A stretch of DNA of 63,522 bases, the filler included, from Platydemus manokwari (Eukaryota): assembly GCA_037951405.1 (NCBI GenBank). It is 6 parts of 6 records of this genome, joined end to end, with 100 filler letters (N's around TTAATTAATTAA, not from the genome) between each part and the next. Parts side by side here need not be neighbours in the genome. Positions count along the whole stretch, not along the records: positions 1 to 13,178 come from JBBMOY011809168.1; positions 13,279 to 25,874 come from JBBMOY010062234.1; 4 more parts are not named here. One strand, 5' to 3'. Below the pieces are notes generated by a model, which worked only from the letters and a program-made list of their open reading frames with translations, searched no databases and was not told where the DNA came from. A program made the position numbers and the translations under genes. This document shows positions 1 to 13,331 of the stretch, in pieces. The stretch's first letter is position 1. Every line of letters begins with the position of its first letter.

Positions 1-1946
1 ACCATTTTTAAATGGAAATTTGGTTTTGAAAGGTTGAAATGACTTATACCACTTTCATAATCAAGGGCTCAATTCATACATTATTATCTAACCAATAGAA
101 TTGTAACGAGACGACTTATTTATTAAATGAAACCTTTAAACACCCCACCAGTACATGTTCCGCTATTTCAATCCAACAAAGTAAATCACAAAATATTTAC
201 ACATCATCACATAAAAAACTTAAATTTGAATACAAAATCCAATCAATTAAAACCAATAATAATAGTAACTACGGAGATTTTGGGAATAAAATATCACATT
301 TACGTTTGATAAGCATTTATACAGTAAGATGAAGTACAAAAAGTGAAATATTACTATAGAACATACATATTGAACATAACCAAAAAACAAATAAAACATC
401 AAGAAAAAATTAATTGTGATTAAAATTATAAATTGATTATCATAAAAATCGTGTTAATTTTCCATTATTACAAAAATGAAACAGATTGTAGAATAATCGA
501 ACCGAACAAAGATAAACCATAAATCCATCAATCCTATTTGGTTAGAGTTGAGAGAAAGCCCATAATTTACCGATCAAAATTTGAATGAATGACATTAGCG
601 GAATGATTCACAAACTAAACGGGTTACATTTATTCATCAAATATTATATTTCTTGAAATTTTCAAATCAGCGTAAAATTTAATTTAATAAACAGATTAAT
701 TTGTGAAAATTATCTCTCATTTCCCGTAGCAACCGGTCGAGTTCCGATACTAAAATTGCTATTGGGGAATAAATTAACACAATCGATTAACATAATTTCA
801 AAATAAATAGCGGGAACTAGCGAACAATGTATAATATTTCATAGAACAGACTTTATTTCTAGTGTAAAATGTTTTATTTATTTAATTATTGTAATATATT
901 TGTCACGAAATTAAGTGTTAGCGAAAATATGCTTGTCATTCAACTTGTTGCTAATGTCAAATGGAATTTTTAAAATATAAACCTGTCGACTACAGATGCC
1001 ATGTTACACAAAGAAAAATATGTTGTGTAAACTTTTATTCCAGTGAAAATTCATAAAATGTTAAAAATTATTGCAAAACTGTATTGCAAAAAAGTATTGC
1101 AAAACTGAATTATGTAAAGATATTTTTTAAAATAAAAAACCAAAAAGATCATAATCGATCACAAACATATAATAGAGTGTATTAATAATCTTAATTCTAA
1201 TCATATACGTTAAATGCATAAAAGTGAAATTTTAAAATGATATTAAAGAAAAGAATCCAGACATGCAGGATTACTTAATGATCACGTCGATAATGACAAT
1301 ACCATTAAATCACTTAAAACATAAAGGCGTGCAAAGTCATTCTTCGACCGAGAAGTATCGACTAGTGAGAGCGATATAATTAGTTAGAGGAAGAAAATCC
1401 TATGGAAAATGATTTCAAGACCAAAAATTCGAAATATCCTTGGAATATAAAACATAAGTACAATATTTTTACAAATACCTTATATAAAAAGTTTGAATAT
1501 TTGGTTTGGATTTGTAGATTTTATCGATTAATCAGAATATATTTCAGTTAACGAAATAGTCTAGACATACCAGGAAAACGTTTTGATGAATATTTGAAAA
1601 TTCTAGCAATATCTATAAAATAAACCCACATTTCTGAATAATGTATGATTTTTACCTATCATATTCCATCAAACAACTTGTTATTAAGACAATAGAAGAA
1701 TTAATAATAAAAAGGACAAACGATAATAAGATTATTTAATAATATACTCGTCTGTTGAGCTTAATAAATATCGAATATGTGATGTTTAAATGGATTTAGG
1801 CCGAAAATGAGTATTAAAACCAATGGGAATTTTTTCTCCGAATAAAACGATAACTGGTAGAAATTATAAGAAGGATTTAAGTCAAAAAGTTAAGCATAAA
1901 TTATACATTAAATCGAGTTAGATGTCAAAAACTAGCTAATAGATCT

Positions 1947-4900
1947 CTATTGAATCAAATTCAAGCATTTTGGCTTGGAATAATCATTAATGAATTGAAG
2001 TGGATGAATATTTTCAGTTAATTTGTTGAATTTTAAAACAGGATCCTTTTGGATTTGAAAAATCAATAAAAAGAGAATCCATGTTATTCTGAATTTTTTC
2101 CCATTTTTAGGGAAGAGTTGAATTGCAATGAAAATACTCAATTTATCATTTCAAGCTGCGCACGTGGATATAAACAAGCTAAATTTAATAAAAACACCAT
2201 ACATAAACAACCTAGTTATAAATATTATAAATCTCAGTGCTTATTAGATGTGTAGTTGAGTGATTAAATAATTTATGTGTCACTGTCCCCTAACTTGTGG
2301 CCCACTCTGTATATATTTTCAGTCAAATATAATAAAAATTCTTAATATTATTGATTACAACGTAGGTAAACAAAAAGATGTAAAACTAAAAAAATTGATG
2401 TTTCTCAAGAAAATCCCTTGTCATTCAACTGCTAAGTCATGGACTATAAATTATTTCCACAAAATCAACAAGTTGAGTCATGAGATCAATTGAGAAATTA
2501 AACCACAAAACAATTTTAATCCGAAAATCTTTTCGTTGAACTATAACAAATTAAGTAACGAGAAATTTTAGAAAAATAAGAGTTTTAGGATAAAATTAGC
2601 TTCATAATAAAAAACAAACTAAAAAATGACAGATATTAAATACAAAAATTAAATAAAAATTGTTTATTGCAGTTTCTGTATCTTCAATGGCCAATGAAAA
2701 TAAGCCATTACCTTTTGTTGATGTAGCGTTATTCTAAAATGTGATATTGACGTGAAATATTTGAGTACAACGGTTCCGAAAACGCGTAGCAAAAACATTT
2801 GTTTTCAATATTAATATCAATTTATAATGCTAATCATCATAAAGCCAACTGAAAAGATTTTCAAAAATAATGCGCATCTTTTAATAGATAGCTAAAAGAA
2901 CAAATTTCATTTCTAGGTACGAGACAAATTTTTTGACTTAAGGCAAGGGTAACTGTGCAAATGGTTAGGAAATGTAAACAACAGCATATAGAATTATGTA
3001 GCTTAAAAGAAAGTAATATGAAATTGCTCAATTTCAAACTTCAGTGTGCAAGTGACAAATTTAGTTGATCCAAGTAACTTATTTTATAATTGATTTATCC
3101 CTCGATTTTCAAAACAAATTAATTGTCACAAAAATTATATGATCAGATTACATGTCAAATATCAGTAATCATATCAACATGTACAGCTCAGAAAATTTCA
3201 ACTTACATTTTGATTGCAGCCATTGTACCGATTAATAGAATTGTTCATTGTATGATTTATATATTTTCGTGTTAGTGCTTGGTCATTTGTTAGCATATTT
3301 TGAGCAGTTAGACCAGAATTCAGAGTAGCTTTGTTAATTTGCATGAGAGAAGAGTCTGACTGAAATTTATAACCGGGAATCACTGTTTCTGGCTTGTTAT
3401 CCAATTGTGACAATATTGTATTGAAACCCGAATCTGGACCAATAACAATTGTCGCATTAGGTTTATTGAGTTTATTATTTTGTGAAAGACATAATCCCTG
3501 GAATGTGGAAATCTATTTTCAATAATGAGTAATTATAGACCACTCGATTAACAAGTTATCACTAACATTAGCATTTACACTAGAACCCCTTGGTAATTTA
3601 ATATTGCCGTGCCATGAATTTCTTTGGTTACATAAAATTGAGCTCGGAATTAGATCGAAATTATTGTCCTATATTATTCATTATAAGATTATTTTTAAGA
3701 TTATTATTATATTATAAGATTAATTTGTAAAAATTATGAAAGTAAGAAATAAAAGTAAAATACTAATAGTATTATAAATATATGATATTTCAATTACTAT
3801 TAGTAATAATAATATTGTAATAAATATGAACTTTTAAATCTTCAAAAACACAATTCAAATGTGAAATACAAGCAAATATAAACCATTATATGTTAAAAAT
3901 CCAAATAATAATATCAATATTAGTTTCTCTAAGCCTCTGAATCCTGAAAGAAATTTTCCTTTGTTTTCAAAGAATAATAAATAAAAATATGCAATAAACA
4001 ATATCAAAACCTTTATCATAAAATTAGAAAATGTTAAATTACAGAAACAGTGTAGTGTACCCTAATCAATATCCTGTCTCATATCTTCAATATCCTAATT
4101 AAATTTTCAATGAATCAATTTCAAAAATGTGGTGATTTGTCAATGCCAGTGTCGAAACAAAATTCCGTTGTATCAAGAATATAATAGATAATTTCCAAAT
4201 CATTGAATTCCTTTTTAGAATTCAATAATAGAAAAAGGTAAATTTCAATGCCTTCATAACCGCTATAAAGCATAATTATGCCAATTCTAATTGTTTCCCA
4301 AAGCTATATTTTTTTGTTCTAATTTTTTAACGGAAATTGATGGCCAATCAAGGAGAAAGATAATAATTGGTATAATTTTATCTTTAATGATTGAGTAATT
4401 TTGATATTGTTTAAAGTGGTTGAAAAGTATTGCAAGGTGTACATTGTTTTGTAACAATCACGATATCAAAATAAATATTACACCAATAAGCAGCTATTGG
4501 AATGTGGTGTATTTTTGAAATACATTCAACCCTCATTAATCCGAAAAATTAGAAATTGATTTCCTTTCGGATTGTGACTTGATTCGGATAATGAAGGAAT
4601 TTAAAATCTATATGATCGCCATATTAATAATGAAATTATTAAGGAAAAGACAAATATTTATTTAAAAAATCATCTAAAGTTTTTTGTAGAGTTTTCTTTT
4701 GAATGAATTTCTGTAAATCCACTTTGACTTTTTTTTAATTTTTTATTATATCATTGGTTATTTTTTGAGTAGATCTGTTTAAAGAAGAACTTGCTTTGAT
4801 GATAATTTGAATTGCATAGAATAAATTGCTCGAATCAAAATGTGACACAAACATGGCACAAAAATTACACAGATCCTGAGTATAAATATCGATGTAAAGA

Positions 4901-7900
4901 TAATCAACTGCCCGTTGGAAGCCAGATTTTGGTTGTTTTTGAGTAGTACGAGTATTAATTTTATTGTATTTATGTGTTTTTGTGAGTCGCACTGATTAGT
5001 ACGCAGATTAGAAATCAAGTCTATAGCCTTCGGTTTTTGAAGTCAGTGATTATTCGGTTGTTAAGAAGTAAAACCCAACGTATTTCGATTTGAAAAAAAT
5101 TATTCATGGTCTTCAATACATTAGGATTTATTATACTATATTCATTTGGTAATACTCGAAAGGCTATTGTGTCAATAATCATTTTAAAATATATAAAAAT
5201 AATAAATAAAATGATTATAACATACTAATAAAATTTTCGATCTACTCTTTTGAGTATCCTTCGTTTTCTGATCAATATAACCATAATTAGATTTATTGAT
5301 AACATACTGAGAACCCGTCATTTCGTTTCCTTTAAATTGAAAAATTAACTTAAATCTGAAATAATTAAGTATGATATTGATTATATTTTTCATTCATTAC
5401 TTGTTTTTGAAAATATAAAGTTATTACTCCACTCTCAAGACCGTTGAGAAGGAGTAAGAATAGAAAAATGCGAGCATTTAAAAAATGAAAGTCAATATTA
5501 ATAAAAAGAAAAAGCTTCATTGTTTCGTTTTGTAAATTGAAAATTCTTCAATTATTATTCTTTGGTGATTGTGAAAATTTTGGTAAGAAATAAACGTTAT
5601 TAGTTAACAAAATTTCGTCGGAGTATTTTATTAGTTTATAACCAAACCTCCGAAGAATAGGCACTCAGAGCTGCTATTTTAATAAATACAAATCTAGGCA
5701 GTTCACTCCAAAGTTTATGTCATCACAATGATATTTATCATAGATAGTAACACGAATGAAAAAGGCTTAACGAAACAAGAAATGGATTCAACAAAATTTG
5801 AAAATAAATGAAAATCTCCTGTTATATCATGAAATCAAGTTGAAACCACAAATACCACAGATACACCGAAATGTCAAATGTCTAAAACGAAAATAGAACA
5901 TAATTTGTATAATAGGAATCAGCGTCTGTTAACTAGGTTAAATATTTCATTTAATAATTATAAATAATATAATTAAAAATTACAAAATGAAATAAAAATC
6001 TTTAAAATGTTTGATTTAAAGACATAATGTATAATATAATATCAAAAAACAAAATAAAATGTTGCAACGGCTATGTGATTTTAACTTGAGTATATGTATT
6101 AGAAATTCTTCAATTTAAAATCAAATATTTACTTTCCTCAATAAATAAACGTATATTAGTCAGACAAAGCGATTTGCAAAATGTCTATTGATGATGAAAT
6201 TTTTTAAAAAATCGATATAAATTTCAATGTCAAGTGTTGATAACTTATCGATTATAACAATTAATAATAAATATAATATAATAAATAATTATATTTGATT
6301 GATTACGAGAACAAATTTAAACTAGTACCAAGCTGTTTGAACTTATTTAAAAAAGAATCACCATGAGAAACATTTTTCTAACAAATGTTTATCCTATTTC
6401 CAGATATACCCGTACATCAGAATGTTACATTGACTTTTTTAAATATCTGATAGATGGTGGTAACACGTCAATATAAATATAATAAGATAAAATTATTTTA
6501 ATAGCACACTAATCAAACTCTTCATTTATTTTGGTCCACTAAGTTTACTTTTAAAAGCTGATTGATTATTCATTATTAACAGCATCGATATAACATCGTA
6601 ATGTGAAGAAAATCAAAAATCAATTGAGATTGCTCAATAAATTTAACATTGCATTAATCGTTTGCTTATTTTCGAATTAATAAACATTTTCTCAGATTTT
6701 ACGAATTGGAAATATAAAAATATATGAAGCTGATTCAATTTTAACTATTATTTTAATATGATCCTTTGTTATTAAATATCAAAAATCAATAATAAATCAG
6801 AAAAATTAGAATTTCAAATTTCTTTTGGAATGCAAATAATGAAAGAAAACAAAAATTTAATTCAATAATATAAGATCAAATATAATTTTACTGTTAAAGT
6901 GAAATATAAAAAAATCAATTATGATCACAAGTCAATATCGATTTCTTTGACTAATAATTGAAAATAACAATAAAAAAATTCACTTCGAAGCATTAAAAAT
7001 CTATAGAATATCAATGTGACTTATTTAATACCCTATTTTAGCTTATATAAGCTGTATATCACCCATAAGCTGCTTGAAGCTAATAGCATGGGCTAATTAC
7101 AGTCACAATTAAATAAAAAAATCCGAAACAAATGGGAAAAATATAGTCCAAATGATTAATACTTTTACATAAAAATGATGATATGAGAAGCCTATCTTAT
7201 GCCGATACTTGTAATTAGGTTATCAATAATTTGAATAAAACCTCACATGAATGTATCATAGAATGCCCATAAAATACGCACACATCATTATTGTGTTAGT
7301 CATAGTTCTAATATCTCAATTACATTTTACAATGATAGCATTTCTAGTAATAGTAGTGAATCGAATGAAATTAGATCATAATTTGGGTTAATATTGTGAG
7401 GTTTAATTAAAAATAATTTAATAATAACAACTTTTAAAACATTTTAAAATTTATTATTTTTATATAAAATGTTTTAAAATTTTATAAGTAAAATTTTTAA
7501 AATAAATATTTAGATTAAAATTAAATGAGAAAGCTCTCCAAAATTTGTTTGAATAATGTTTATTTGTTTTATGAAATAAATTTGAGAAAATCCTAATCAT
7601 GAGTTCTTTTGATGAAACACCAGTAACAAGTGAAGTAGCGGCCACTAACAAATATGATGATATTTTCTTAAGCATTACATATCGAGTCTGATAAAGATTT
7701 CAATGGCCTTGAATAAATGTGATTTTCACATTCCATCCGTTAGTAATGTTTTAAGTAATTATTTAAATTAGTAAAATTTTAAATTTTCTATTTATTTTAT
7801 ATAAGCTGCGACTGATAATCGCAAAACATGGTAATATGTTCTTCGTATTAGACATAAACTATTATTATGAAAATTATAAGTTATTATTCATTATATATAT

Positions 7901-10900
7901 AATAGTTAAAAAAGAAAGGCATAAAACCAGTTTCAGAAAAATTACTCTAAGGCCATTGTAATGACAATTTCGATGAGATATTTATTAGAAATAGTGAAAG
8001 AAATAATTAATATTTAATAATTTATGAGATAAGAGGAAATACGAATGATTGCTATTGTTAAAGACATCAACAAATGAAAACCAGCATATTTGCTATTCAT
8101 GAGGAGAGTTTTAAAGATGCCAATAATCTATCTTTTAATTCATACTTAAAAACTCGATGAAAATAATTTCGTAATATTACGATAAATAAACGCAGCTACC
8201 CAAAATGTTCTAAAACTCTAAACTTATTTTAGAAATGAAAAATCATTATTTAAAAATATTCATAAAAAATTAATTAAGAAAATAGAAAAATTGTTTTTAT
8301 ATGATTCAAAAACGATATTGAATTATTTAATAATTTAATTATATCACATATTAAACCTGCCGTTTAAATTATCAGAGTTATTTATTAATTAAAATTTATA
8401 AAACTAATCAAAAATATAAAAAATTATTTTAACCTTTTGTTCAGATTTTTGTGTTTCTGATAGAAATATAATTTACAAACACTCGATCTAACCATGATTT
8501 TCTCTTCCCAATGCTAGTTAGCATATCATCATTACTTTTAATCTTTATCAATTCAATGCTATTTACTGGTTTTCCTAAACCAATGACAGTTTCTTCTTCA
8601 CAATACGTTTAGCGAAACAAAGTTTAAAACTCGATTAAACGTTATATTTTATGTAATATTATGAAGGAGTCATTGAATGGTATAATATAATTGATTTTAT
8701 AACTCCATCAACATTGTATGTCACCAACAGTGTATGGATGTTTTCCGATGTTGTAATGCTTCTCTTAATTCCGACTTAATTTATAATTTAATGTACTCAT
8801 TCTGTTTATTTAAAATTATGTCGCTACAAAGTTGTCTGGAATTTTCATGTATGTTTCACATTATACTACAAATTCCTTTAAACATTCCCTAAAATTAATT
8901 CCAGAAAAAGTTGTTGGTTCATTCATTATCACTTTCTAATACTTTATATTATGAAAAATGTTTAATGTCAAATTTGAAGGAGACGTATTTCACCCCCCTT
9001 TATACAAAATATTACTTTGCTCATGAACACCACATGTCAAAGATCTTCATTTCATAACACGATTAGATTACTTATCTAAAATTAAAATTTTCAACAAATA
9101 TTTTAATAATACTAATCATGAAATTAAGAAAACTTTTTATTTTCATTATCATAAGTCGAAATATCTGTATATATTCTCAAATAAATCCAAAGAAATTCAA
9201 TACGTTACTTGACGTGTTCAACTTGTGACACAAAAGGAAAAATATTTTCAAATATTGTAAGTCTTACCATTTTGAGATAGCATTGAATTTCTTAATGAAT
9301 TAGTTTTATTCGTCAACATTCTCTTACAATCCATCAATACTTGCTTATTGAAATTGTATTTCTGAAACAGAAAATAAAATTGTAAAAGAAATATATTTTA
9401 ACATCAATATCCTAATGGAAGAATGTCTTGTAGAAATAAATATGACAAAAAAATATTTTTTGTACATTCATTATCTTGATTATTTTTGTTTTTATTATTA
9501 GTTTTATGAAACAGTGAACAGGAACTCAAGCTACAACGAGCTCAAAAATATAAAAAACCAAACAAAGGTGAGGGATTTCCCACCCCCTCAGGAAGATCAT
9601 GTTTATGTTTAATAAATATTAGATTTTTTAATAACATTTTGATTTAATCGATCTGCTGCTTTCAATAGCTATTCCAAAATATTTACATAAAGATCAAGCA
9701 GAGAAATAAATTTAACAGGAAAGCTGAATCTAATAGCTTATGAAATTACATAAATATTTATCATTCTGGAAGCTAACATAAAATAGTACATATTAAAGTA
9801 CAAATAACAAAGGAAATTCTTGAAATTATCGTTCTAAGATGAGAGCGGTTATAGATCATAAATAAATACTAAATAATTAAAGATTTTGGTTGTCAATAGT
9901 TACAGTCACTTTTTACAATATACGATGAATTTTTCGATAAGAGAAATATATTAGAATTTTATTTCGCTAATTATAGAAGAAAGGACAATCATAACAAATG
10001 CAATCCAATTACAAAACTAAACCTATCTTTAACATTGAATACAGTTCCGTTTCCATAAGCACATCACATTTATTGTAGAATCATGATTTGATAAAAAATA
10101 TGTGTACATCAACCTCATAAGAACCAGTACACACATGGACTGTAAAAACATTGATTTTACATTCACTATTTTCGCCTTTTCTGATTCATCTTTTATCTTT
10201 AGCAAACAGTCTTGAGGCGACACAACCATCACATGTTCATCAAATGTGTATTCGATCAGCCTATCACAATACATTTACACATAAGGAACTTTGAAGGAGA
10301 AGTGTCTCCGACAATAAGATAAAATCGTGTAATAATAAACTCCAAGTTCCGAAAATAACCCCGAATTTCACATCAAGTAGAATCTTTTGAAAAATGTTTT
10401 TTATTCCACATCCTTATACATATTTCATTTTAATCGATTAATATCGAAAACCACTGGTATTCTGCAAATTTTCACATGAAAACATTACCGAATGTGACGG
10501 ATACCGATTTTCTTGGATAACAAATTATGTTTATGTCATTCTATGAAATCCTGTGATGGTTATTATTTAAGAGAAATTTTTATCAAACCAATAAACGTAT
10601 AATCTTATCTTATTAGCAGATTCTTAATATAATTAAAGCAAATTATTCTCTAACTAATTTCTAAATTCAATTCACATCTCACAAACAACAAAAGAAACTA
10701 ACAACATTTTTCCTGATTAAGGTTTGATTATTTAATGAAAAACATCTTTGAGATCTAGCAATGTCTCTTTGTGAGATCACTCCTCGCTCCAACAATCTTT
10801 GCTGAAATGACATCTGATTTCGATCTGGAAATGGGTAATCAAGTAATATGCCTGGAGTATTGTTTAGGTCTGAACTTTCTAAAAAGTTATCATTTCCGGT

Positions 10901-12064
10901 GGTTTCCACTGTGTATGATGTAAGGATTGGATTTTCTGATATGGTCGAATGTGAAGTTGATGAATTAAATGATGGCTGCGGCACAGTGATGTCTGGTGAG
11001 TATTTTTGTTTTTTGTAGAAATGAGGAATAGCTTTACATCTAAATTATAAGAAATTTTTAAAGAAATTGAAATTATTGTTTGTAAAACCTGTAATTCTAA
11101 AAATTTATTAAAATCATAAAGCTATTAATCAAAAATTTATAATCAATCGAATATAACCATGGTAAGACTCAAAACACTTATTCAACCAATTTATCATTTT
11201 TTAAATTATGTATCTCATAAATTAATCAAGTTTATGAATTTTATTTTAATTTTTATATAGAGTTGTAAAATTATAGTATTGTTCTAACCAAATTCCATCT
11301 TACCTAGTTACAGTCACAATTGTACTCCAATGCTTCTCAAAAAAATAGTACTTCCTGACTGCTAGAAATCACTTATTTTAATAAGGGTGATCATTAAAGA
11401 ATTGAAATTCTAAAAACAAGGTAAACAGGACAGTTCTTTCTGATGTGAAGTTCATTTGAGTTTTTGGAATCATTCCAACTCATTAAATTTCGCACAATAT
11501 TATTCAAATTTTATCTATAGATTTATAATTTATTATGATTAAAGAAACAGCTCCATTGATTTTAGAACTTGAGACGATGTAATTTCCTTTTTCTAAAACA
11601 ATGTTTATCCTATAATGGAAAAATTAAAATAGAATACAATGGCAATCAACAGAATATTAAATTATAATATATAGACACTGAAAATAAATTAAAAAATCAA
11701 GACAATCTAGGATATGGTTAAAACTATTAAATTTTAGCTCAAATAACTGTTTAACAAACTCAATCATTTCACTCCACTGAGATTAATTAGATCGGGAATT
11801 AGCGAGACCATGGCTTGTAATTATATATTTATAAACAATAAATTAAATATACTGAATTTTCTTTAGAAAAATATTTGATATTAACTCTCTTCCGTGTTCT
11901 AATTTCCTCGAATATTGCATGCTATAAAAATAAAAAAAACATCCCCAATACCAACACCGTATTAAGAATAAAATTTGAAAAAATAATTCACATTTTATTG
12001 AAAAACTCGATTAGAGAATCCAGATAATTTCTATCAAAAGTCAATGGAACAACAAATCAATTAA

Positions 12065-12100
<36 letters not shown>

Positions 12101-13331
12101 AAAAACAAATAATTTAATTATAATTTAAGCAAGCGAAGAATACGCCAAAAATATTAAAATAGTGTAAGCAAGCGAAATACAGAAATCAAGTTAGACACGC
12201 TAAATGTGAAACCTACCTAGGTGTTAAGCAATTCCAACTCAATCTTTTAGGAATCAAAAGATTGCTCTTGATTCCTTTTTCTTCAATGCAATTCCAATAA
12301 CTAATATTCAGAAGCGATTGACGAATAAATGCCCTAACCCATTGATAATAATATTATTATTATATAAATATCTTTTAACAGATGATTGGCTAATAAAAAT
12401 AATGAAATTAAAAATGTTGAGCACATATACAATTCAATTTCACATTACAGTACTTAAAGGTTAGAGGTTAGATATTCAGAAACTAATGAGAGAAATTTCT
12501 TTACAACATAATTCCGAATGATGACATTAACAAATATATGGCTAAAGTTAAAAAAGGGTCCTAAAATGAAATTTTTAATTTATTGTGTATTGCAAAATTC
12601 TATATAGTTTATTTAATTATATTCTTTATAAACATTTTGAGTTTTTTATTTAAATACTTAAGAATTTTAGTTGTTTGAAATCAAATGTTAAATACACTAG
12701 AGCTTAAAAATCTCCTAAAATTTGATTATTTTAAAAAATGAAAAAAGTAGGTCGAATTGTAATTTATTGAAAATTAGCGAGAACTCCTTTTTTAACTTTA
12801 TAATCAAATCGAAAGACATTCTCAATTTTAACAATTATTTTATAAAAATAAGCAATGATATTATTAAACATATCTGAAATTAACTAACTTGATTTATAAT
12901 TATAAAAATTTAAATTTAAAAACTGATATAATCATATAGCAATGTTAAGATTAGAACATGAACTTGGTTTTAAAACTGTTTTGTCACTTTTAGACATCTT
13001 GAAATATGAGATATTAAATGAATTATACGAATAAATCAGACATAGCAGTTATATATAAAATGTAGTTATAAAATTATCCCATGCGCGAAAATTCATTATA
13101 ACGAAAGTAGGTCAAAGAACCCTTTTTCTTAATTTAAGCCAAGAAATACTTATATACAAAATAAATAAATTATACCGCNNNNNNNNNNNNNNNNNNNNNN
13201 NNNNNNNNNNNNNNNNNNNNNNTTAATTAATTAANNNNNNNNNNNNNNNNNNNNNNNNNNNNNNNNNNNNNNNNNNNNTACACACATACACTTCTAACAT
13301 ATTCTGAATTCTTTGTAAATTTCTGGTCAAC
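1947..13331 (-). CDS. Multi-exon protein-coding gene of unknown function (5' end not resolved)
   Basis: Phase-compatible GT-AG exons read by hand: 13331-13290, 12333-12217, 11354-11304, 11039-10703, 9361-9268, 5329-5226, 3668-3567, 3512-3207, 2045-1947 (TAG). They join into one open frame: LTRNLQRIQNMLEVAFIRQSLLNISYWNCIEEKGIKSNLLIPKRLSWNCLTPRKYYFFEKHWSTIVTVTRCKAIPHFYKKQKYSPDITVPQPSF...RNSWHGNIKLPRG...KPKCLNLIQ*. No family recognised. The 11354 and 5329 acceptors were chosen to keep frame, and the last exon is the least certain. Confidence 0.6.
4830..5090. repeat. Degenerate dispersed repeat, copy 1 (intronic); related to 16660-16900
   Basis: Shared blocks CGAATCAAAATGTGA, GATGTAAAGAT, CAACTGCC-GTTG-AA-CCA, TTTTTGAGT--TACGA and GTATTTCGA occur in the same order in both places. 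The minus-strand peptides KSGFQRAVDYLYIDIY...VSHFDS and KLGFQLAVGNLYISIY...VSHFDS align. Confidence 0.65.
12070..12097. repeat. (AT)n microsatellite
   Basis: Perfect AT dinucleotide run. Confidence 0.95.
13179..13278. other. Assembly gap with artificial six-frame-stop linker (N44-TTAATTAATTAA-N44). Identical gaps at 25875-25974, 35018-35117, 44414-44513 and 53650-53749; plain N gap at 54800-54927
   Basis: The identical 100-nt construct occurs five times. TTAATTAATTAA places stops in all six frames and is a scaffolding spacer, not biology. Confidence 0.95.

Noticed and set aside
8480-9040. Possible gag-like relic (EPTTFSGINFRECLKEF) on the minus strand
   Set aside because: Too short and disrupted to assign.
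10029-10560. Possible CACTA/EnSpm-type transposase C-terminal remnant on the minus strand
   Set aside because: Only a vague pattern; no catalytic motif or TIR found.
13223-13234. Palindromic TTAATTAATTAA recurring five times
   Set aside because: Always centred in N44/N44 gaps; it is an assembly linker.
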